Shown: in pieces, positions 52,742 through 64,000 of the stretch | Layout: the number at the start of each line of letters is the position of its first letter | Position numbering within the stretch: position 1 is the first letter of the stretch | DNA from: Hydrolagus affinis | Lineage: Eukaryota | Length of the DNA stretch: 64,000 nt | Direction: 5' to 3' | NCBI GenBank assembly: GCA_012026655.1 | Contig: JAAILG010000414.1 | Span: 1-64,000, forward strand | Program-made: the position numbers and the translations under genes | The notes under the pieces: generated by a model | What the model saw: the letters and a program-made list of their open reading frames with translations, nothing else | Databases searched by the model: none | Told to the model about the DNA's origin: nothing

Positions 52742-54574
52742 TTTGACAGTTGTGAAGGGAATGACTCTTTTTAAAATAATTGCAGAAAAAATACCTCCAG
52801 CTATGAAAATAGTATCCTTACAGTTTTTATAGTGCTTTTTTGTGGTGAGTCACTAAAAGTTTGGTGGTAATTTGCTGCCAAATGTTCAGTATAAATCGGG
52901 CTTGCGCCAGAATGAATCACATTGGAGCTCAGCCCCTGATCCCACCTGGAGGAGGTGATAGCTCCCAATTAATTTGTCAAACACCAGTTTTAGATATAAA
53001 ATGCATAACTGTACATGATAGCCAAAGTCAACATAATTCTTTTGCCCAGTCTTAGATCTAGTATTTCAAAATGAATACAGATATTTCTATAACCTTTCCA
53101 CCTAAAGCTAGGTTGTGAATTTCTGATCATTTCTAGATTGTTCTCATTTTTATGTGTGTGTAAAAAAAATAATGAATACAGTATATAGTTAGTGGTATGT
53201 CAGCCAACTCACTATTTATCATACTGATTTAGCAGACTTACAGTAAATCTAATTTTAATTTGAGAGATTTTAGAGGACTTGAGAATTACATCAGTGTGTT
53301 TATTACGGTGTGATTTATATGGAGTTGTATAACATTAATAAACAAGTACCACAGAATGAGAACATGAATATTAAAAAGGAAATGTTCTTTCATTTCAAGT
53401 ACCGAAACCACAAAATAATAGAGGAATGGAATGACTGTTGCAAAGCTATTATTGAATAGCAAGTGGACTATTACTGTAGTTTCTTTGTTAGTACAGTGTG
53501 TGTCTGCCTGGTCATAAGTAGCAAGGTCACCCCTGCTGCTCTGGGTGTCGGCTTTGTGCCTGTGCTGGCGGTATTTCCTTCTCTTTCTCCCTGGCACTAT
53601 CTTTCTTTCTCTTTCTCTCCTGAGGTGCAGATGGCCACATTTGCAGGTTAACTGGAACAGCTGGAGGCGCATTATTAGTTCCCTGCTGTGAACTCATATT
53701 TGCTTAGATTTTTTCTAACAGCACAGTAATTTATGACTTTTAGCCATTGATATAGCTGGTACCCTTGTTTTGAACATACTGATCTGCATTCAAAATTCAT
53801 TTGCATTTGTTTTACATAGAAATGGGGGGATGTGATTGTTATTTTAATCAATTAATCAATAATTATTGTTCATAGGACTATATAGTTGCCTTGAAATGTA
53901 AACAACATGAAATGTAGCAGACATTGGTCCCTAAGGGGATTCTAGACAATATTTATACTAGTGCATTCATCTGTGGTGACAGTTTCTGAGGAGTGCAATA
54001 GTAGATCATAACTGCCACGAGTGAGAAGTCAGCAGACTGTTTATTCCACTTCATTTAATGTTTAAAAGCAAAATAAATAAAAACCTTTATTATAAATTCA
54101 GCTGATTCTGAAAGATTATATACATGCATGCTCCAGCTGTAACTTTGTGCGAGAGAGGGGATTAATTCTTTCTTTCCTTGGGATTGGAAAATGTAAAGCT
54201 TTTATGATTTTAATGCAGTGCCAACAACACTGACTCCCCTAAGTACAATTTGTATGTAAATTAACACTGAAAACGCAAATATTTATTCTCTGCATTATTG
54301 CATGGTTGATGCAGGAAATCAGTGATTCAGGGGTGAGCGTTTGCATATTGCGGAGTATTTATTTTTGCTGTTTGTACTAAGCTAGCTATTTATTGATTTT
54401 GTTTCACAAAATATGATTGTGTTCTTTAATATATGAAGAGGACAACCTATTTTTAAAATGATAGTTCTGATGATTAAATGCGGTATCCTGTCACACCTCT
54501 GAATGAAGAGGCCCTACAGGTGGTGGCATGTAGTACTGCAGCACGATGGTATGCCAACCCATGTTCACGCGATC

Positions 54575-55370
54575 ACAAGATTGGTTTAGAAGTAGCAGGC
54601 CCTCAGTCCATTTCATCTCACCTTTCCAGAACACCCACCCTATAATACTCCCATCACAGCATCAAGCTGTTTTGTGGAAATGAGTACAGTGTCCTGATCG
54701 CATCCACCCATCCTGGTAAAATGTTACAGTCATTAATTAACCTCTGAATAAAGATGTATCTTTCAGTGACTGTCTGAAATTTCCCTTTTGCAATCCCTAA
54801 ACCTGCCTTTTTTCTCAGCTGTCTTGGGGAAGTACTATTGGTTCACTTTCTCATTTAAAATATTGTATACCTCTAAAAGGTCCTCTCTGAAATGACTCAT
54901 TTCAAGACAAGCTAGAAGAACCGTAGCTTGTTTTTTTCGTTGCACTTAGCTCAGTCCTCTGATAGTGAGGATCATCCTCGTTACTCTCTTTTATACTATC
55001 TCAAGGGAATGGGCAGCTTCCTTATTATGTGGCAACCAGAAGTGTGTGCAGTACTCTAGGCCTAACCAGAGCACTATATAGCTTGAGTATAATTTCTGGG
55101 GATCTCAACTCAAACGATTTGACAATATAGACCAGCATCCAGTTTGCCTTATTTATGCTGTCACATTGTTTTGATGAGCGATGAGTCAGCTACCGACTTA
55201 AAGATCCCTTTCAACTTCTCTTTTGACAAGTTGTGTCCAATCCATGGACTACGTGCGTTTCCTTACCTCCTATATGTAGTACCTTGCATTTATCCTTTGG
55301 AGTGCTATAAAGTGATAGCACACACGTTTGTTCATTACTCCACTAAGTTCTGGTTTTTACATGGCTCTGG
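54575..55370 (-). mobile_element. Degenerate CR1-like LINE (3' ORF2 and UTR)
   Basis: Antisense CR1 motifs: ttgtatacctctaaaaggtc, ggcaaccagaagtgtgtgcagtactc..ggcctaacca (RP.LEYC.QFW equivalent), cagcatccagtttgcctt. Confidence 0.7.
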
Positions 55371-56961
55371 AACGTGAAAACTTCACTGAAAACTTGCTGC
55401 ATTTTCTCATCACCATAAATAATTCCCTGGTCAATAGATTTCACCACATTACAAATAATTAACCTCAAGTGACATCACTAAACTAGGTTAAGCAGGATTT
55501 TTTTTTCTCTCGTATATAATCAGCCTATTAACCATCCAAGGAAAGTGGTCCTTAGAGCTCTGTGGGTGACGGTATTCATCCGGATGTGCTTCTCTGAGGA
55601 GCTCTGCCATCCATTACCATTGTCTTCCTGTTTTTGATACACAAAATTGGGTCGATGATTGATATTTTTGTAATGCAACCATTCTTATGGCTTTTGGTGG
55701 TCTAAAGAAAGAGCCTTAAAAGTGCTTTTAGTAATAAAATGGGTGGTGAGGGCTTAGAGGAAGTTGATTTCTTTTTTAAAAAAAGACAGAATAGGGTAGA
55801 AAATGATGGGATGAATAGAATTAGTGTTTTAGAGTCATTTAAAATTAATTTATGAAATCATTTAGACCAAGGAGATTATAATCTCCCTGGTTAGTGAGAA
55901 TCTAAGGTTAAAATGAATGTGTGCCTTTTTTTAAAATTGAAAACAAATTTAAAAAAATAATAAATGTGTAAATAAAAGTTAGGTATTTTGGCCAAAGCAG
56001 CACTAGGTCAAACAAGTTGATTTTAGGTGTCCGTTTTCTTTGGAAGGGAAAGATGTATTGTTTGACGTTATAGACTCAAAAACCAATTGCAAAGATTATT
56101 AGTTAGAAACATTTATTTATTGTTGAGAAATCTTTTGGTACAAGTTTGCATGCAAAGACATTAAGGACAGGGTGAGACTTTTCTACTTTATCTTAACACC
56201 CTTTGATGTGACCTATATCTCGGTATATAGTTTACCTTGCACATATGGGATAATTACAAAGCTAGGTACTGCAAAGTTGCCACCGCTGTACGGAACCACA
56301 CACAGCGTGAATCTTCACCTTCAGGAGAGGTCAGGGAAAAAAATAGCCCCAAAAAGTGTATTTTTAATATTAGTTTCCTTTTAATCTGTGTTTCGTTGAA
56401 CTATTGTTGCTGGATGCTTCAGTGATGGAGTACACAGCTATTCATGGAGCCTGACCCTTTTAGAAATGTATCTGATGTAACTCGTCGTTAATTAAATGTC
56501 AGTGTAGCATTCATTTCCTGTTGCCTATTTGAATTGTCTGTCTGCTAAAGAAACCAAACATTAACACATACTTGTTGTAAAACTGATGTGTGTAGCTTCA
56601 GCTTCACTGCTTCTAAAAGCACAGTGGGGAAGGTGTTAGGTCTATCCAATCAAAAACATCTGTGGTCAGTGCAACTAATCCTAGTTTGGTGACAGGCTGT
56701 TACCAAGAATCAGCAGGGTCTTAATCTGCTGTCATCAAATCTGATAGGATGTGATAAATCTGTCATCTCCAAATGCTCATCTTCAGCTGCCAAAAATATC
56801 CAGAAAACAGGAATTTTGTGAAACTGTACAACAGTTGGCGTTTTTAAAGCTTGTTTTTTTTAAAAAAACGAGGTCAGATAAAGATGTAAACCCACTTGTT
56901 TGATTCGTATTGTCAATGTTTTCTTATGGTTTAATTGTTAGGACCTATTGCAGATTCCTGA

Positions 56962-57417
<456 letters not shown>

Positions 57418-59619
57418 TAAAACTGTAGTTCTCGAATTTGAATCACAGTTTTGAAATTAAAATGTAATTTGATGTTGACAACCTTCTAAAAAATGTCACA
57501 GAATAATGACGAGCAATCCTACAACATGAGAGCAGAAAGCAACATTTCCCCAGTAAAAGCATTGTAACTTTGCAGATTGTTATTTGCAATATCTTTTAAG
57601 ATTGTGAAAGCCAAATTGATTTCAATGACTGTGTTACATTGCCTAACACAGTACATATATGAGACCCTTGACTCCCAACATTTTCCTGAATAGCAAAAGT
57701 AGATAACACATTTGGGAAAAATGGCAAGTTTTCGGGATATGTTAATTCCAACATCCAGGGAAATGGCAAGTCATAATTGTCTGAAAGGATAAGTACATTG
57801 CAATTGGTGAGCACTCACCGCTGTGTGAACTTTTAATAGTGTGAATTCAGGGGAAGGAGGAGGTCGGGGGCAGGAGGAAGAAGACACACATCTTATTACT
57901 TTCTATCAGAGAAAGAATTATTTTACATTATCAGGACATGGATATACACTTTAGTTTTTCATGAGCTGTCCTATATGACAAAGTCCACATGGAAAGTGTT
58001 GTGCAGATGAGCAGAGAGGATCTGTGAAATTCCTCAATAGATTTACATAAGTGTATTTGACCCGCACTTGGCAAGAATTCAATCCAATAAGCATGTTTCT
58101 GCAATCGTTATTGATGCAGTAATTCAGTCATACAAGCAGCTGAATGTCACTGGTGCCTGTGTTCTTTGGATATGTTTAGATTAATACATTAGCTGCAGAA
58201 TACAATACTGCTTGATTTTGCTAGCATAGAAACTGGAGCACATCAGACTCAAAATCCCACCTAGTCTTAGCCTTAAAGTCCAATTTATTTCAAAGTATGA
58301 GTGAGAAGAAATTCCATTTGGGTGTGGATTTACTCTTGTCAAGTAGCATTTTGACAGAATCAGGCAATTTCTTACGTTGAGCCTTTTTACAAATGTAAAA
58401 TTTAATTGAGGTATTTTTGTTGTTGTTATTTTGAAGCCAGCAACAGTAAGCAACTTCAAAAGAGTTCACAAAACTTTAAAGCTCTGAACATTCTAAAATA
58501 CTAGAAAAAAAATTCTCCAAGAAGATGCCCAAAATTGTGCAAATTTCTTAAATCCTGTTATGAATTGCAAGTTGGTTCTTTGTAAGAACTTTGGAAACCA
58601 GTTTCCAAATTCGTACTGATAATGTGGTTGATATTATGTGTTGATTTGGCTAAGTTTAGAGGATGGCTTGCAGTCTTTACTGCATGACAGATTAACAGAC
58701 ACTTTGAATGTCATTCGCACTGGTCTCAGCCAGGTGGGTAACTGCTCTGTGAATTCCTGCACAGTGTAATTTGGATTCTCTTGGCCAGGATGAAAGCTCT
58801 CTAGCCAGCATCTTGCATCTGATGGCGTTAAAACTAAATTGCACATCATTAGAAGTTACAATAAAAGTCATTGTGCCTTTCAATGGAATGGCCAAAATTC
58901 TAAGTGTCCCTGAGGTAGAGGCAGCAATCACTGGCAATATTTCACTATCAATTCATATTCCCTTAATCTGGAATTGGATTCACTGTCATCTCCCATCGTC
59001 TCAACTGATGATACAGAACGCAAACCAACAACATAAAATGCAGTACAATAACGTAACAGGGTGGGAATCATAAACAGGATTCAATCCACACAATCTGTTC
59101 TTTTGCAACATCATTACTTTCACACTAAATATTATTTGTATTTTTCATGATATGTTCATTACATTACATTTTATCAAGTGAAAACAAATTGAACATTATA
59201 TTCCTGTTTCACTGGAGGTTTGCAGCATTTTTACCTAGAATGATGCATTTTACCCAGTCATGTTGGTCGAACCATGTTTTTAATCATTTGGAGCTAATTA
59301 AGGACTTTTAGTTTGTCAATAGTGGATTATTTTATTTCTGTCATAACAATCAAACATACAATCTTGTTGTTGCTTTTGTTGGTTTACAAACTTCACGTTG
59401 TTGAAACAGTTAACTTCAGTAAGGTTTTAAATGACAAAGCTTTCAATTTTGTTTTGCTTATCAGTTGAAAAATCCCTGCATAAAATTACTACCTCTCTTA
59501 TAATGTTCTAACTTGCCAAACTATGGGGCAGTTTTGTGCAGTGTGCTGTGCCCACCAGTTGCTGGACAATGATGCTCAAACTGACTCGATGTGGGATTCT
59601 CGCAATAATCGGCAACAGA

Positions 59620-60205
59620 ACACTTTCATAACATCCAGGCTCGACTATGCGAACTCCTTGCTTGTCACCTCCCCAACTCCTCCCTCCACAGGCAGCAAAT
59701 CATCCAGAACTCTGCAGTTCGTGTCCTCGCCCGTACTAGGCTGTGTGACCCCATCCTCGCCTGACTCCACTGGCTTCCCATCACACAGAGGATACAGTTC
59801 GAGATTATGGTCCTCACTTTCAAAGGCTTCCAAGGCCTTGCTCCCTGCTATCTCTGCGACCTCCTAACACCCTACCAACCTGGTCACTCAACAGGCTTCA
59901 GCCTGCTTAGTGTCTCCCGCCTTGCTCCCCCCACCCACCATCATTAGCAGACGGGCCTTCAGCCACTCTGTCCCCATCCTCTTGAACTCCCATCTTGCAG
60001 TCCCTTTGCTTCGTTGCATTCCTTGCCTCCTTCAAGACACACCTCAAGGCCCTCCTCTTCAACCATGCTTTTGATCAACCTCCTTCAACCTCCCCAATCC
60101 TGCCCACCCAGCTCTGGTCCGAAATACTGTCTGTCCAGTGCCCTGGGACGTCCTCTCGACATGAAAGGCGCAATACAAATGTAATTTTGTTGTTGTTATT
60201 GTTTT
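59620..60205 (+). mobile_element. 5'-truncated L2-clade LINE
   Basis: Codes FITSRLDYANSLL and LASFKTHLKALLFNHAF. Its tail is nearly identical to that of the 33490 copy. Confidence 0.9.
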
Positions 60206-60917
60206 GCTTCCTCAGACTGGGCTAGATTAGAATTCTGATTCCAGAGATAGAAGAATGGCACGTTAATCCATAGTACAGTATTACACAGTTGTATTTAACC
60301 CTCATGTCAGTAGTTAGCTATCAGTTATATCTAAATATGACGCATGCAGTTATTTTAACAGGACAATATTTCATACTTTAGTCAGATCAACACAACATAC
60401 ATGGAAATGCACGGAAATTTATGTTAAGAATGGAGAGCGGAGATAATTACTCCCAAATGTTGCTTTAGTGCCTGAAATGAATGTTAAATGTGTGATAACA
60501 TTACCTAACGTAGAAGGATTTGTGCAAAGTGGTCACTACAGTGATGATTTCACATGAAGGTACCTTTTTTTGTTATGGAATGTTTGCAAGTATATAGACA
60601 GATCATGTTTTCTACGAATCTCTTTATTTTTTAAAAATGTTTTGGAATAATTAAAAAGTAATAATTATTCGATGAAGGCATTTCAGACGTATAATAATTA
60701 TCATCATGTTACAAACCACAGCACCCAGTTGAGTATGCAGATTAAAAAGAGCTACAGTATTCAGCACTGTTATGAATAAATGAAGCTTCAGTCTTGAAAT
60801 GTTAAATTATTAATCTCGTCTACATAGTGGATTAAATTTAGTGAAACAAAAAAATGATTTATTGATAAATATCACAAGATCTGTGGGGGATTTGGCTCAA
60901 TGTGGTGGTAATAATAG

Positions 60918-61190
<273 letters not shown>

Positions 61191-63314
61191 TAAAATATTG
61201 TGCCAAATTATTTTATTAACATTTTGCTTCACTGCAGTTCTTGTCTGTTAGCTTTTTCGAATCTGCTTAACGGGTAGTTGAAGACTTACTTTTGACTTGC
61301 TTGTTTGCTGCTGCCTTTCCACACACTTCATATTTGTGAAATGTTACATTTTGCTACTTTTCACATTTTCCTTGTGAAAACTTGGGATTTCTGTCTTTTT
61401 TTCCCCCTTCTCCCCCACCCAGGTTAATGTTAATAAATATTTATTAATAGAATGCAAGACTATTGAGGGTGAGGTAGAGAAAATAGCAGGGCTGTAATCA
61501 TTTAACAATTTCTCAGGAGTAATTTTGAAGGTCAGTTCAACAATCTGGCCATTTTTGACACCACATCTGATTCTGTATGGATCTAAGAATTGCTTAGAAA
61601 AGCAGCCTTCAAATTAAGATGCAATTTCAAAATTATATAAAATCTTAACTGTTTAAGACAATAATCTTGAGGATAATAATACCAAGAGGAATTTGTGTCC
61701 TCTGAGATGTCTTAGTAAGATTCATTGAGTTGCAGTTGTTCACGTTGACTCAGTTTGATAATGAAGATATACTACACTCAGAGCAGTCTAGTTCCACTTT
61801 AACTAAATAAAGGCCATAGCTCAGTCTGTGCACATGCCCAATTGATGGACTGATGCCAAGGGCTTGAGGTCAGAAGTTGCAGATGCTATCACATTGGCAT
61901 CTCTATTGGCTTGGAACAGCAAGAAGCTTTACCTACTAGCTTTGTCAGTTCACTGTTTACATTGCCTTCATTATAATGTAAAACTGGTAATCGACCCCCT
62001 GCTTCCTGTGGTGAGCTTTTGTACTGCCTTTACACTGGAGCAACATTTTTTGGCAGGTTTTCCATTGAAGACATATGAATACATACTGGGCTTATCCCAG
62101 AATAAAGCATAAATGGAGCTTGTAATTATAAAAAATCATGAATATTTGGTTTGATGTGATCACAGTATTTTCTATTAACATGTCCCTGGACCAAAAGATT
62201 TTTTTAAAAAAGTGCATAGTTCAAAGAGATAAGATGTGAAACATATCAAAAATTAAAAAGTCATCTTCTGAGAATATAATTTGTACAGACATCCTTTTCA
62301 AAGCACTTAACAATGAAATGAAGACCTGACGCTAACACCATGACCAACAGACTTTCATAGCACTGAACCAACTGCATTTAAAATGGCCATGTACTTGTTT
62401 GGAATTTAATATTTTTCACTCAGAGCAACACAAAGGATTGCATGTCTATTTGAAGTCTGCATTATATGGTTGTCTATTAAACCCAACTATGGATCAGTAT
62501 TTTTACTTTCATGTAAAGCCAGTGATTTTTCATGCATCAGCAACAGAATGCAAACAGCACTGGGCAAATGTAACTCCAAGCAAAGCAGAAAGGATTAGTG
62601 GCTGTTGGTCAGGATCTTTTCAGTCAAGTAACCAACCCCCACTGCCATCCGTTTTAATCTATAGAAGAACGTTTTTCATTTAATTTGATACTGAAGTAGA
62701 ATAGGCAAATTCTAGGAAGATACTTCATTTTATCTGAAAGGCTTTTGCTTTTCAGCAAGTGGGTTTATGCTTTGAATTGCAATTTTAGTTTTTAAAAAGA
62801 GCAGAATTTTATTCATTGTATAATTTAAAAATACTTGTGTACTTTCAATGGTTATATGCTAAATCTACCCTCTCAGCTAGATATTACTAAAGGGCGCATC
62901 TTATTCAGTTTTCCATCTGAGGGTTTTTGGTGGTTTGGTTATTCTGTTGGCAGCGATTTGATCTTCTGGCCTGGGGCTCAGTGTTCTTACCCAACGCTCC
63001 ACTAACTTGCGCCAAGTGTCGGGATTTTTAAAAATATTATACAAAGAGCAAAAGAGCCTGCTGACTCTTCAATCGCATTTAAAACAAAAAAGTATGGACT
63101 GTCTGTTCGCCTGTTAAATGTTTAATGTTAAACATAAAATTGTTATGTTTTAAAGCTCACTTTACAGCCAGACAGGCTACCCCAAAGTTAGCGTTTGTCT
63201 GAATTATGCGATAGGCTCCTGAAGCTACCACAATAATTATAATGCACAAACCCGGTCACTAATGTGACGGTCTGAATTTTTTTTGTGTATGTATCCAAAA
63301 TCAACGCCCGCATA

Positions 63315-63711
63315 GGTCAGCCTGGCTTGATTGGTCGGCACTCTTGCCTTTGAATCAGAAGGTTGTGGTTCAAGACCCGTGTTGGAACTTTGAACTCGCA
63401 GCCTAGGTTGAGACACTAACACAACAATGTGGGGACTCTATCATTCACGTGCTGCCATTCTGATAAGGTATTAACTAAGTTTGTTCCCTGCCACTATTTG
63501 AAAATAGGAGGGAGTATCTTGTGGTGTCCAGTTCCAACAATTAAACTTTATTAAAATTTGTTCTTTCACTTTGTTGCTGTTTGAGGAACATTGAGGTGCA
63601 CAATTTGGCTGCTGTGTTCACCTAAATATTAACAGTCATGCTATTTTACGGTAAATCCTGTGAAGGATTTGGAAATGTTTTGACGATCTTATAAGGCACT
63701 ATATCATATTG
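63315..63711 (+). mobile_element. Near full-length tRNA-derived SINE (DeuSINE/SacSINE1-like)
   Basis: A box TGGCTTGATTGG (63323-34), B box GGTTCAAGACC (63367-77), central ccactatttgaa...ggtgtcc...ttgctgtttg..gtgcacaatttggctgc, and an L2-like tail. The family name is from recall. Confidence 0.7.
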
Positions 63712-64000
63712 TAGCTGATGATTTTTGATGTGTTTGTTTCAAATCAGCAGACTTCAGTATAGCAGCAAAGATAGGTGAAATGAAAATAGGCAGTCATCCA
63801 ACAACAACAAAATTACATTTGTTTAATGCTTTTCACACAGCACTCAATACAATATGATCTTGTCATATGCGGAGATACAGTGTAGGATGGAGCACAAGCT
63901 TCAAGTCAGTGGGACACTGAATGATGTGCTATCTACACAGCCTGGTCTGTATTGATCAACTGATCTTTTATCTTTTGTTTAAACATAATTTAACATTGAC

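Overview
Vertebrate genomic DNA carrying the 3' part of ZNF423 (Zfp423/OAZ/EBFAZ, a 30-finger C2H2 transcription factor) on the + strand. The repeat content (Deu-type SINEs, L2/CR1 LINE ends, a Penelope-type hairpin) suggests a cartilaginous fish; this is an inference. Four coding exons splice in frame with canonical GT-AG sites: 313-3545, 3854-3938, 57221-57352 and 60988-61103. The upstream exons lie before the window, and I did not find the final short coding exon. About 53 kb (3939-57220) is a single intron with a 100-N gap, decayed retroelements, several DNA-transposon MITEs with readable TIRs/TSDs, and repeat-free motif-dense blocks that may be enhancers. Most other ORFs in the track are chance ORFs or repeat fragments. 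I found no clear new multi-gene system. The best leads are: a Tigger MITE with an inverted duplication holding a Jerky/JRK-like transposase N-terminus; a CpG-rich hAT MITE with an NRF1-like motif and a consensus splice donor; a Penelope-derived hairpin with a decayed hammerhead core; and candidate ZNF423/EBF/TALE regulatory sites. Coordinates of old repeats are approximate.
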